A DNA stretch of 57,993 bases. Source: an uncultured Gammaproteobacteria bacterium (GTDB taxonomy: Bacteria > Patescibacteriota > Microgenomatia > Levybacterales > GWA1-39-11). Made by a program: the position numbers and the translations under genes. The stretch lies in contig CAYVKP010000005.1 of assembly GCA_964452165.1 (NCBI GenBank), positions 1 through 57,993 of the forward strand, read 5' to 3'. The notes under the pieces were generated by a model that worked only from the letters and a program-made list of their open reading frames with translations, did not search any database and was not told where the DNA came from. Below are positions 34,916 to 44,730 of this stretch, piece by piece; the stretch's first letter is position 1; each line of letters opens with the position of its first letter.

Positions 34916-35845
34916 ATTATCCTGTGTATGGTTCCGACTGAAGTAAAGTGTGTATCTACCAGCTATCGTTGATATACGTTCAATTATAAAAAGTGGCAAA
35001 ATTTTTATTGATTTTGAAAAGTACTTATTTCGAATTAAAAAGCCTAAGAGATTCAAGAACCTTATAGACCACCAAAACGTATTTCTCTTAGGAAAAAGGT
35101 GGGGCCATCTGAGTTGGGCCCTCATTACTTCGCTTCCTGCTCCGAATCTTTGCTCTATAAACTTTGGCAAGGTAGGCCTTTCCCAATGATAAACTTTGAT
35201 TCCCGGGTCGAAGAGAATTTTTTTACCTTTATCAAGAAGCCTTTTTGAGTATTCAAGATCTTCCCCGTGTTTCCAAGAAACACTATAAAGAAGTTTCATT
35301 TTTTTCAACTCTTTTAATTTAAACGACGAGTTTTTAGCATCTGCATAAAAAATGGGACTTATACTATCAAGGAATGATTCACCAAAATGATAAATAAGAC
35401 CTTTTTCCGCTATAATATTTTCCTTAAAAGCGCTCTCTTGTATCAATTGTCCTATTATGCCTATTGAGTTATTTTTTGGTCTGCTTATAGCCCACCCCAC
35501 AACAACTAAAACGTCGGGGTGATCATGGTGGCTTTTTAAAACGTTTGATACCAAGGTCGGAAAAGCTTCACAATCATCATCAAGTGTAACCAAAATATCA
35601 CCTGTTACTTCCCTTAAAACCCTGTTTCTGGCGTTTGAACGACCTATTTTAGGTTCAAAAACGTATCTTATGTTCAGTTTATCTTTGAATGATAGAACCG
35701 TTTCTTTTGTATTGTCGGTTGAGTTGTTGTCAACTACTAAAACCTTGAAGTCCTTGTGAGTTTGTTTAGTCAAAGACTTAAGACATCTTTTTAGTTGATC
35801 TGCTCTATCCTTAGTTATAATCGCAACTGTTACTTTCATCACCAA
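34904..35845 (-). CDS. Family 2 glycosyltransferase
   Basis: VTVAIITKDRADQLKRCLKSL..Q, then VVDNNSTD, then LDDDCE (DXD). Confidence 0.85.
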   Translation of the reverse strand: MVMKVTVAIITKDRADQLKRCLKSLTKQTHKDFKVLVVDNNSTDNTKETVLSFKDKLNIRYVFEPKIGRSNARNRVLREVTGDILVTLDDDCEAFPTLVSNVLKSHHDHPDVLVVVGWAISRPKNNSIGIIGQLIQESAFKENIIAEKGLIYHFGESFLDSISPIFYADAKNSSFKLKELKKMKLLYSVSWKHGEDLEYSKRLLDKGKKILFDPGIKVYHWERPTLPKFIEQRFGAGSEVMRAQLRWPHLFPKRNTFWWSIRFLNLLGFLIRNKYFSKSIKILPLFIIERISTIAGRYTLYFSRNHTQDNSNS

Positions 35846-37869
35846 TAACCTAACTTTCTCAAATTCTCCATGAGTTTTTCTTTGTCTCGTTCTCTTCCCG
35901 ATCGCTCTCCCCCACCTTTTGTAGCCTTCTTTGTAAAGGGTTTTTCTCCAAGTGATCTATATCCTTTTTTATATAAACTTACATATGGAACTCCAAAGTG
36001 CTCGATATATTCCCAAATGTCTTTCTCAGTAAATTGCAGGATTGGATGAACTCGCCCGTGGTCTTTCCTTTTTGAAAAATAAGTTTCTTTTGAACGTGAT
36101 TCATGTTCATCCCAACGAATTCCGGCAACAAGAGCTTTCAGTTTGTATTTTTTAACGACAGTATTTATTGCTGTGATCTTCATAAGCCTAGACAGTTCTT
36201 TTTGACGATCCCGATCTCTTGTGTTTTTAAACTCTTCAAGCTCTTTTTTTGAATGTTTAATAGTAATTACATCAAGATTCCAAAGTCTCTTCATCTTCTC
36301 AATAAACTTATAAATTTCGTCAAACTCCATTGTTGAATCATTAAAGATTATTCTGAATGGAACTTTTCCATTAAATGCAAGGCGGATTAAATGCAAAAGA
36401 ACGGTTGAATCTTTGCCACCAGTCCAGGCAATGCCAATTTTATCTGCGGGATATTTCTTGGCAGCTTTGCGAATCACTCCTAGGCTTTTTTTTACCTTTT
36501 TTTGAAGATCAGGATTTGTACTTAGCCTTTTAAAGTTGAGCTCCTGAATTAAATTGTGAAGTTTTTCTTCAAGCTCTTTTGCGAGTTTTGGTTTTTTATT
36601 AACGAGATTATTTTTTTCCTTGGGATCAGCTTTTAGATTATAAAGCTCACGGTTAATAATCTTTAAATTTTCTGAAGGCATTATTTTGGTCAATTCTTCT
36701 TTTTTGCCGGCAATCGTCTCAATAAATTTATAGTTCCTTACCCTAATCCCCCTCCTTCTAGTTTTTTTCAAAGTATTAAATCTTTTTTTCTTCAATATGT
36801 CTTCAAAATAAATCGATCTATTCTTTCCTCCCAATATTTCTTTTCTGTTCAGGTCAAAAGAAATACCATCAATACCCGAGGGCGTCTTAATGTTCAAGGC
36901 TCGCAACAAAGTGGGAAAAATGTCTAAATTATTAACTAAATTTTCTACTTCCTGATTTTCAATTTTGGGACTGCTGAAAAACAGGGGAATTTTGACAACG
37001 TTTTCATATAGTAAATCGTGTGCAAACGGTGACCCACTCTCATAAAAATTTTCGCCGTGGTCCGAGGTAAAAATGATAATGGAGTCATTTATTTGATTCG
37101 TTTTTTTTAGGTAATCAATTAATCTTCCCATTTGGGTATCAATATGTTTTATCTCCGCTTCATAAGTACGATCAACAGTATCAAGTAAATAAGAGGCAAA
37201 CCCTTTTGGATTCACATGAGGTTCATGAGTATCCCATAAATGCAGGTATAAAAATACTTTCTCTTCCAAATTTTTATTTAAGAGATTAATCGCTTTATCG
37301 AAGACTTTCTCCGCTGTATCATATGGGTAATGTGGGTTCTTTGAAAAACAAAAGTAAGCCCTGGTAAAAATTTCTCTTCGGAAAATACGTACTGTCAAGC
37401 TTTTTAGAGAATTTAGGTAAAACAGGATGGGACGCGCCTCAAATCTAAACTCAAGGGGTTTAAAATCTCCCAAAGGGCCAGAATAATAATCAAAACCTCT
37501 TTTGAACCATAAACCTAACCAGTCTATTGCTAGAGTTTTATAACCATTTTCTTTTAATATCTCTGGGAGAAATTTGTTGTTTTTAACATTGAGTTCTTCC
37601 TCTTTTGATATCAGATATTCACTGTCTACGTTTGCATGATTTACTAATCCCAGATGCAAAGGATAATAACCGCTCATAATAGCAGCGATCGAGGGGAAAG
37701 TTTTAGTTACCGTTGCATAGGCGTTTTTGAAATCCACGCCATTTTTCTTGAGATAGTTTACGTTAGGAAAATTCTTTATACTGTCTTTTTTTTCCAAATT
37801 TATCTGCCTTAACGTATCGGCAACTATGAAAATTACTTTCTTAAATTTAGGGGTTTTTTGCTTTGACAT
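35839..37869 (-). CDS. Fusion protein: sulfatase (alkaline-phosphatase superfamily) N-terminal domain plus a PAPS-reductase-like PP-loop C-terminal domain
   Basis: FIVADTLR and FTSDHGENF are sulfatase blocks. IGIAWTGGKDSTVLLHL is a PP-loop. The start is moved to the ATG at 37869 (MSKQKTPKF) to remove a 200-nt overlap with the upstream gene. Confidence 0.7.
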   Translation of the reverse strand: MSKQKTPKFKKVIFIVADTLRQINLEKKDSIKNFPNVNYLKKNGVDFKNAYATVTKTFPSIAAIMSGYYPLHLGLVNHANVDSEYLISKEEELNVKNNKFLPEILKENGYKTLAIDWLGLWFKRGFDYYSGPLGDFKPLEFRFEARPILFYLNSLKSLTVRIFRREIFTRAYFCFSKNPHYPYDTAEKVFDKAINLLNKNLEEKVFLYLHLWDTHEPHVNPKGFASYLLDTVDRTYEAEIKHIDTQMGRLIDYLKKTNQINDSIIIFTSDHGENFYESGSPFAHDLLYENVVKIPLFFSSPKIENQEVENLVNNLDIFPTLLRALNIKTPSGIDGISFDLNRKEILGGKNRSIYFEDILKKKRFNTLKKTRRRGIRVRNYKFIETIAGKKEELTKIMPSENLKIINRELYNLKADPKEKNNLVNKKPKLAKELEEKLHNLIQELNFKRLSTNPDLQKKVKKSLGVIRKAAKKYPADKIGIAWTGGKDSTVLLHLIRLAFNGKVPFRIIFNDSTMEFDEIYKFIEKMKRLWNLDVITIKHSKKELEEFKNTRDRDRQKELSRLMKITAINTVVKKYKLKALVAGIRWDEHESRSKETYFSKRKDHGRVHPILQFTEKDIWEYIEHFGVPYVSLYKKGYRSLGEKPFTKKATKGGGERSGRERDKEKLMENLRKLGYW

Positions 37870-38614
37870 GTGTTGAATTATACAAAATTCTCCACCCGAC
37901 TCTACATAGGAAAATCGTATTGCCAATAAGATATCTTTTCCATAGTCTCCCAGGTTCCTTATAAGCTCTGTAGACCCACTCAAAACCAATTCCCCTAACC
38001 CATCTAGGAGCTCTTGGTATTTCGCCCGCAATAATATCAATCGCTCCACCTACTCCAAAAAATGCGCTAGCATCAATATCTTTCATATTCTGATCTATCC
38101 AAAGCTCTTGCTTCGGCATACCCATAGCGACGAACAATATTTTGGGCTTAGCTTTGTTAATTTCTGATATGACCCCACTCGCCTCTTGTTCATTAAAGTA
38201 TCCATCACGTCCGTTGACTTTAAGTCTTGGGAATCTTTTTTTAAGATTTTCCACAGCTCTTTTTGATACATTCTTCGTGCCCCCCAAAATATACAAAGAC
38301 CACTTTTTTGATTGGGCGTACTCGAGGACCTTAAAGATGAAATCCAACAAATTGGTCCTCTCTTTAAGGGGCTTTCTCAGTATTCTTGAGGCTATAACTG
38401 TACCTATCCCTTCCGGAAAAATAAAGGAGGCCCTATTAATTGCTCTCCTAAAATTCTTATTTGTTTGATAAAGATTGATTGTCTGAGGGTTGGCACAAAG
38501 AAAAGATTTTTTTTTGCCAGTTTTAATAAGATCAAGGACTATACTAGCTATGTTATTAAGATCAACATTTGCAACGGGGACTCCCAGAATGTTCCTCCTT
38601 AGATACTTGGTCAT
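37847..38614 (-). CDS. WecB/TagA/CpsF-family (GT26) glycosyltransferase
   Basis: The FPEGIGTVIASRIL and LFVAMGMPKQELWI blocks. Confidence 0.85.
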   Translation of the reverse strand: MTKYLRRNILGVPVANVDLNNIASIVLDLIKTGKKKSFLCANPQTINLYQTNKNFRRAINRASFIFPEGIGTVIASRILRKPLKERTNLLDFIFKVLEYAQSKKWSLYILGGTKNVSKRAVENLKKRFPRLKVNGRDGYFNEQEASGVISEINKAKPKILFVAMGMPKQELWIDQNMKDIDASAFFGVGGAIDIIAGEIPRAPRWVRGIGFEWVYRAYKEPGRLWKRYLIGNTIFLCRVGWRILYNSTHVKAKNP

Positions 38615-38615
38615 A

Positions 38616-39611
38616 TTAAAAAAGTGAGGCCCAAATTCTCATCGCGTCTCCCAGTTTCTTCCAGTATCCACCTTTTGTAGCAATTTGAACTCCCAGCTCT
38701 TGATAACAATCTTTCACTGTATTTCCCTTCAAGGAAAAGTCCCTGACGCTTTTCCATAACCATTCATTGTCAACCATTCCAGATTTTTCCTTTGCGATGT
38801 TTACGTCAACATTTGATGCTCTTGAGTGTAGAATAGAAGGCCCACCTGACGAGACGGCAAGACCCAAATGATCACAAATCTTCTTCATAAAAATTCCTGC
38901 CCAAATATCATCAAACCTATCGTATGGCCATTTCTTTCCATTTGAATCTTGTCCCATTAACATAAAATATAAAGCAGGAATAATTTCTCTTCTGAAGGCA
39001 AGATTCATCCCACACATTGGAAAAAACTTACCATATGGGACCTTGGCTATCTCCGAGAACTGCGGTGTTCTAAAGCGAGGGTTCTTTTTTTGAGTTAGAC
39101 CATCAAGATCTGGAATATTAGACCAAAGCCCGTGATGAATCACTGTTTTTTGATTTTGTTTTCTTATTTCATAAGGGTATCCCCGTGGAAAAACCGGTAA
39201 ATCTTCAATTGTGTTGAACCAAGAGTCATTGCCCCACTCTTTCTGTAAATTCTGAAAAATTTGACGAAGATATCCGCCTTTTGTAAACCTTGTTTCTGGC
39301 AAACAATCATCATCGAGAGTCAATATGTAGTCCTCCTTTGTCTTCCAGGCTTTATAAAATCCAAACGAGCGAATGGCTGATGTCCGCCTTGGAATAATCC
39401 ATGATCTTTCACCCAATTCCTTGTCTATCTCTTTCCATGAATAATGCTCTACCCACTCCGGCAATTCAAATGTCTTTTCAGGATTATCCTCAACTATAAT
39501 AACGCGGCTATTTTTAAACTCTTTCTCCCAGGCTCCCATGAATGGAGTAATTGATTCTTGACGAATCGTAGGAATGACAATAACAAAACGACGAGGATCA
39601 AACCTGCCCAT
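38616..39611 (-). CDS. Reversibly-glycosylated-polypeptide (RGP)/UDP-arabinopyranose-mutase-like protein
   Basis: IVIPTIRQ near the N-terminus and LDDDCLP resemble the plant RGP family. Recalled from memory, not searched. Confidence 0.45.
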   Translation of the reverse strand: MGRFDPRRFVIVIPTIRQESITPFMGAWEKEFKNSRVIIVEDNPEKTFELPEWVEHYSWKEIDKELGERSWIIPRRTSAIRSFGFYKAWKTKEDYILTLDDDCLPETRFTKGGYLRQIFQNLQKEWGNDSWFNTIEDLPVFPRGYPYEIRKQNQKTVIHHGLWSNIPDLDGLTQKKNPRFRTPQFSEIAKVPYGKFFPMCGMNLAFRREIIPALYFMLMGQDSNGKKWPYDRFDDIWAGIFMKKICDHLGLAVSSGGPSILHSRASNVDVNIAKEKSGMVDNEWLWKSVRDFSLKGNTVKDCYQELGVQIATKGGYWKKLGDAMRIWASLF

Positions 39612-39683
39612 ATTAGCTTCCTATCTTACAGTATTTTTATTCCTGTGTGAAGAAGCTCTAGGCTATTCGCTAAATACTATTGG

Positions 39684-40667
39684 CTATTTGCTAGTATCGC
39701 AGGGGATAATTTTGTTTTTAGTCAAATAATTGAATAGATCATTAACAATCACCGTATACCCTTCCTTCGTTGGATGATTATCGTTGAGATGATAGAGATC
39801 GTCGCTATATATATCAGGGACTTTCTTATAGAAATAGGTATCCTTTCTAGCTTTTGAGAATTTGAGGATAAGCTCTTCATATTGCTTATTTAGTAAAGGA
39901 CTGGAAAACAGTACCAGTTTATTTTTGAAGTAATCATTTATTGAGGTCAGATGGTTATACTGGAGTGTCAAAAGATTTTTCTCCCCTCCGAGGGAATTTA
40001 TAACATTAGATTGCATTTTGGAATACAGATCGTTGAATAAACCAAAATTTTTCGGAGCCACATACTTTGAAAGGAAATCTTTCTGAGGCTGCTGTAATTC
40101 ATTAATTCTTCTAAAATCATCGCCTATAAGAAGCCAGAGAACTAAATCCGGATTATATTTTTGACCCCTCAACCTATATCTTTCAACAGTGTATTGTATA
40201 TCATAACCTTGAAGTCCAAGGTTTATTATTTCGAATTTAGAAATCTTTTTCGATGTGCATAATCTATTAAGTAATACTTCTAGCTGTGAGGGATAATTAT
40301 CTTTGGTATTAACATTTAACCCAAACGTGAAGGAGTCTCCAATTGTAGCTATTCTATATATACCTTTCTGCTTTTCTGTAGGGTAATTTTTTTCCTGGTT
40401 GAGACTATCTTTGTTTATGTGGAAGGATACATTTGAACCATAAGAATACCCTAGCGTCTGCAAGAATTTTGGATCTACACTCCATACAATATTAGGTTTT
40501 GGTTCGTAAAAATGCTTTAGGCCATAAACAGGGTTGTTAACTAAATATGCTAGGTTTAGAGGATTTAAGGATACCGTTGGTTCATTCTTTTTAAATATCG
40601 CAAAAACAAATGCAACAATGATTACTAACTCAAAGATAACAAGGTAGACAATAATTCTCTTCTTCAT
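39684..40667 (-). CDS. SGNH/GDSL-like membrane-anchored protein, paralog of 44718..45686
   Basis: N-terminal TM segment. IATIGDSFTFG (GDS block). The C-terminal block HPTKEGYTVIVNDLFNYLTKNKIIPC matches the paralog. Confidence 0.55.
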   Translation of the reverse strand: MKKRIIVYLVIFELVIIVAFVFAIFKKNEPTVSLNPLNLAYLVNNPVYGLKHFYEPKPNIVWSVDPKFLQTLGYSYGSNVSFHINKDSLNQEKNYPTEKQKGIYRIATIGDSFTFGLNVNTKDNYPSQLEVLLNRLCTSKKISKFEIINLGLQGYDIQYTVERYRLRGQKYNPDLVLWLLIGDDFRRINELQQPQKDFLSKYVAPKNFGLFNDLYSKMQSNVINSLGGEKNLLTLQYNHLTSINDYFKNKLVLFSSPLLNKQYEELILKFSKARKDTYFYKKVPDIYSDDLYHLNDNHPTKEGYTVIVNDLFNYLTKNKIIPCDTSK

Positions 40668-40772
40668 TTCTGCCTAGAGCTTACGTGAACAGAAGCAACT
40701 CTAGGCAAGTATTTATTATACAGGTTAAGGACTTAGCTATTTACCGGCTTTTGCCGCTCTATCCTCGAGGAT

Positions 40773-42500
40773 TTATTTTTGACGTGCGTTTACCCAGGCT
40801 TTCAGGACTTCCAAAACTGCAAAGAGTGCTGGTTTTGGTTTCAAATTATCATCAAACATGGTAGCATCAGCATCTGGAGAGTACAGTTTTGCGGTTTTTT
40901 GCGATTCTAGCCATGAATACTTATCTCCGGGAGTCCAAAAATCAATACTTTTTACTCCAAAGTCCAAAGCAAGTTGAGTTACCATTCTATAGACTTCTGC
41001 CTGCTTCTTGAGTCTATCCAGATCATCTTTTGGAAGGTATTTCAAGCTCACATCCATTTCTTTGATTCGAATAGGTCGCCCATAAGACTTCCATGTAGCA
41101 AGAAGTTCATCTGCTGAAGGTGGATTTGCTCCATCAAGATGCATCTCCAACCCCACTGTATCTACTAAAGGCCTGCCTTTATATGGTTGATTTAACTTAT
41201 CAACTACAGCTTTCGTACGTGCGTATCCTGCTCCCGATCTAGTCTCATTCTCTATGTCCATATATATCAACTCTATATCCGGATCAGTGTCCCTAGCCTC
41301 TTTGAAAAGTATCTCTGCAAGTTCCGGACCAATCGTACTTCGTAAAACGTCTGAACTGGAGTTGTTCAGATATTGAAACTCGCTTAATATGACCCACGAG
41401 CTTATTCTACCTTTGAAGTGAGTTATCGTATCGCGTACCCGTGCTTTCGTAATATCTATTAATTGGTCGCGAGAAATTTTTCCCTCCCTTACACCCTTAG
41501 TTACCCAATCAGGAACATCTTGACTGTATATCAGTGAGTGCCCATTAATTTTCATCCCATGTGCAATTAAGTAATCAACTGTTTTATCAGCTAAACCATA
41601 GTCTATAACCCCTGGTTGTTTTTCAACATTCTTCCAAGAAATATCATCAGCTAATGATCCAGACGTAAATTCCTTAGTCTTCATCGTGGCCAAATCTGGA
41701 AGAGTTGAGATGTTCTGATTGCTTATACTTGTTCCCATTTCTACTCCTCCTTTATTTGCCCAATAAGGAATGTGATTAGCTGGGTCGTCCTCTTCTTTTT
41801 TAGCGGGAGTCTCATTTTTTGCGGCTGGAGTCGGCTCTGCTGCTTTTGCTGCGGTGGGAGGAATCTGTGAGACATCGGGTTTGGCTGCTGCAGCCTGCGT
41901 TTGAACTATAGCGGGACTATCCGGCGTAGCAACTGCTTTGTTATCTGCTGCTCCACCAGCACAACCAACAAGAAAGGTTGTAGCTACTACTGGCCCTGCA
42001 TATTTTCCTACCCTTTTAAATTGGCGTTCTGCCCACTCGGCTATTCTATTTTGTTCTCTTCTATCTTTTTCCGAGGTTTTAGATTCAGTCTCAGCCGGTT
42101 TAGTGTTAGGCGCAAAAACTGTACCTTCGGGATATGGTTCTCTTCTGAAATCTTCCGTAGAAGGCTTGGCATTTGTTTGTGAATCTGGTCGATTGGTTTT
42201 AAGACCTGAGGCGGGAAATACCTCTTCTAACGCTTGCCCTAGCTTTATTCTGGCAAATTCTGCATTTGTATTTCTAATGATCTCATCTCTTATGGATTCT
42301 GGGCCATCCTGTGTGGGTTTTCGCTGGGCAAGAGCCTCGTTAAAATCAATAATATCGGCTGAAGGCCCATCTTTAAGGCCTCTCCTTTGGGATATAACAG
42401 ACTCTCTTCGCGCGTATTTTCTACCTGGACCTTCTATTTTACGGCCACCTATTGGAACTGCTCCCAAACCTGTTTCTTGTGGTGTTCTTTCTGCTGCCAT
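40773..42500 (-). CDS. Membrane-anchored GH10-like glycoside hydrolase with a long disordered N-terminus
   Basis: TM segment at about aa 170-190. The C-terminal TIM-barrel-like region carries the WVILSEF and IKEMDVS blocks, at positions analogous to WDVVNE and ITELD in GH10. Confidence 0.45.
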   Translation of the reverse strand: MAAERTPQETGLGAVPIGGRKIEGPGRKYARRESVISQRRGLKDGPSADIIDFNEALAQRKPTQDGPESIRDEIIRNTNAEFARIKLGQALEEVFPASGLKTNRPDSQTNAKPSTEDFRREPYPEGTVFAPNTKPAETESKTSEKDRREQNRIAEWAERQFKRVGKYAGPVVATTFLVGCAGGAADNKAVATPDSPAIVQTQAAAAKPDVSQIPPTAAKAAEPTPAAKNETPAKKEEDDPANHIPYWANKGGVEMGTSISNQNISTLPDLATMKTKEFTSGSLADDISWKNVEKQPGVIDYGLADKTVDYLIAHGMKINGHSLIYSQDVPDWVTKGVREGKISRDQLIDITKARVRDTITHFKGRISSWVILSEFQYLNNSSSDVLRSTIGPELAEILFKEARDTDPDIELIYMDIENETRSGAGYARTKAVVDKLNQPYKGRPLVDTVGLEMHLDGANPPSADELLATWKSYGRPIRIKEMDVSLKYLPKDDLDRLKKQAEVYRMVTQLALDFGVKSIDFWTPGDKYSWLESQKTAKLYSPDADATMFDDNLKPKPALFAVLEVLKAWVNARQK

Positions 42501-42805
42501 GTTTTTAGCTTAAAAACTATAAGCTGTTACCCTGATTTTCTCACTTTTCACAGCGTTTGTCAACAAAAACTCTGTAAGAAATCGAGGCTAAATTCATATG
42601 GTATACTAAATTCATGCTCAATAAGCTTGCCGAGGCAAAAGACTTGATAATTTTCTTCAAAAAGACCAACAAGCTTTACTTTATTCCCTTCATATTACTG
42701 CTCGTAATTTTTGGTCTTCTAGCTCTTTACGCCAGCATTTCCCCTGTCCCAATCTTCCTCTACCCTCTAATCTAACCCTGAGTAATATTGTGCTAAAATT
42801 ACGCT

Positions 42806-43399
42806 ATGAATTTATTGCTTCAAAGGGTCATTGCCTTGGTTGGATTAATACTTGCCTCTCCCCTACTTACCCTTCTCTTCTTCTTGGTAAAACTAGGCTC
42901 AAAGGGGCCTTTCATTTTTAAGCAAAAACGGGCCGGAAAGAATAAAAAACCGTTCACGATGTATAAAATCCGTACAATGGTTGAAGGAGCGGAAAAGCAT
43001 CAAACAAAATATCAGGGAATGAATGAAGCAGATGGACCCGTTTTTAAGATCAAAAATGACCCCCGTTACACTAAGATTGGCAAATTCTTGGCAAAGTCAG
43101 CAATTGACGAACTCCCGCAGCTTTGGAATGTGGCTCGCGGTGAAATGGCACTTGTTGGTCCGCGTCCCCTACCTATAAACGAGGCCAAAAAAGTTCCAAG
43201 CGAGTATAACAAACGCTTTTCTACTCTCCCTGGTATGACCTCCTTGTGGGTGGTTGGGGGACTGCACACGCTCAAATTCAAAAGGTGGATGGAGCTTGAC
43301 ACTGAGTATGCAAAGAGCAAATCTACGCTTCTTGATGCCAAGATTTTATTTCGGACCTTTATATTAGTACTGAAAATGGTTTTTGGCAGGAAGATCTAA
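42806..43399 (+). CDS. Polyprenyl-phosphate sugar phosphotransferase (bacterial sugar transferase family)
   Basis: FKQKRAGKNKKPFTMYKIRTM, then GPVFKIKNDPRYTKIGKFL, then DELPQLWNV..GEMALVGPRP. Confidence 0.9.
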   Translation: MNLLLQRVIALVGLILASPLLTLLFFLVKLGSKGPFIFKQKRAGKNKKPFTMYKIRTMVEGAEKHQTKYQGMNEADGPVFKIKNDPRYTKIGKFLAKSAIDELPQLWNVARGEMALVGPRPLPINEAKKVPSEYNKRFSTLPGMTSLWVVGGLHTLKFKRWMELDTEYAKSKSTLLDAKILFRTFILVLKMVFGRKI

Positions 43400-43908
43400 A
43401 TTTTGGTGATTTTGACTTCCACGGGAAGTTTGGTGGCGTTTTTAGCTAAATCAAATGTAGTTGTAAAAAGAATTGAGTCGCCGGCCTTTAGCTCGTCAAA
43501 ATCCATACTCTCCTCGTGATCCTTAACCAGCTTTGTGACGGTGACTTTTGTTGAAGCAGGAAAGTACCAAGTTGAGGAATAGCCTTCCAGCTTTATGCCT
43601 TTTTTGTAAAAAAAGCTTACCAATGCCATATCAGACCCTTTTATCACCTCTTGTATTTTTGTCTTGTCGGTAATAACCACTCGGGCAAATGTAACGTTAC
43701 GGTCTTTGTAGTTTTTATTGAGATAGGATAATTTGTCGGGATTTATACCGACAACTTTCGGTCCTTTTTTTGATGGAGTTGGTACGGTAATAGATTCTTC
43801 ATTGTTGGAAACCAAAGGCGTTGCTGGGTGATAAAATAAGAAAAAGACCTCAAGACCGATTACTGCAACCAAAGTTATAAACAGGGCAGTCAGAATTGTT
43901 TTGAGCAT
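43396..43908 (-). CDS. Hypothetical N-terminally anchored protein (170 aa)
   Basis: ORF with one TM segment. No domain recognised. Confidence 0.6.
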   Translation of the reverse strand: MLKTILTALFITLVAVIGLEVFFLFYHPATPLVSNNEESITVPTPSKKGPKVVGINPDKLSYLNKNYKDRNVTFARVVITDKTKIQEVIKGSDMALVSFFYKKGIKLEGYSSTWYFPASTKVTVTKLVKDHEESMDFDELKAGDSILFTTTFDLAKNATKLPVEVKITKI

Positions 43909-43911
43909 AAA

Positions 43912-44730
43912 TTAAGTATAAGCTTGTCGGGCAGAATCAGTCAACCTTTTCTTTTTTGAAGCGTAGAATATCAATGCTATAAGAAGAATTATAATTCCAA
44001 CCGAGTTTTCGATTCGTGAAGTAAGAAAAGAGGTCCTGAAAACAAATTCCTGGGTAAAATTCCAGGCCGCGTGAAAGCCGAAAATTCCCCACAGACTTCC
44101 CTGATCGATGTTAAGCCTGTAAAGTCCGCAAAAAATACCGAACAATATCATGGCCGTAAAAAGCGGAAGGTCAAGTCTGCCGGTAAAAAAATGGTAGAGA
44201 CCAAACAGTACCGCCGAGATAATAATCGCGGTACCGGACTTTACATAGGGGGTCAAAACCTTATTAAGGTAGCCTCGGAAAAGGATTTCTTCGCTTGCTG
44301 CCTGAACACTTGTTATAATAATGCCAGATAAAAATAATCTCAAGACCCCGCTGAAACTGAAGTTTTCCGTAAACTTAACATGGAAGACGATAGAATAAAA
44401 TACGATTAGTAAGCTTAAGCCGATTACTCCAACAGCAAATCCTCGTACCCATTTGATAATCCATTTTTGAGAGAACGAAATACCCAATCCCGAGAGTGTA
44501 AGCCCGTCCCAAAATTTTGCGAGTAGAAGCATGAATACGACACCTACAATTCTAGGTAAAATACGCAACATTATCCTCGTCAAGAAGTTGTTGTGAAGCT
44601 GTAAATGTACCACCCTAAAAACAAGAATTAGCAGGCTATCAACCCAGAAAAGAATAAGAACATAGATCAGGATCAATATGAGAATCTGGAGCGATAAATG
44701 AATTATGTCTTTTAACCTTAATTGGTGCAC
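43912..44730 (-). CDS. CPBP-family intramembrane glutamic endopeptidase (CAAX protease-like)
   Basis: The EEILFRGYL, FGLYH and HAAWN motifs. Confidence 0.8.
   Translation of the reverse strand: MHQLRLKDIIHLSLQILILILIYVLILFWVDSLLILVFRVVHLQLHNNFLTRIMLRILPRIVGVVFMLLLAKFWDGLTLSGLGISFSQKWIIKWVRGFAVGVIGLSLLIVFYSIVFHVKFTENFSFSGVLRLFLSGIIITSVQAASEEILFRGYLNKVLTPYVKSGTAIIISAVLFGLYHFFTGRLDLPLFTAMILFGIFCGLYRLNIDQGSLWGIFGFHAAWNFTQEFVFRTSFLTSRIENSVGIIILLIALIFYASKKKRLTDSARQAYT

Noticed and set aside
41938-42513. A 191-aa plus-strand ORF antisense to the GH10-like gene. The same applies to 27218..27607(+), antisense to pth.
   Set aside because: Each is fully contained in a longer ORF with recognisable motifs, and neither has start signals.
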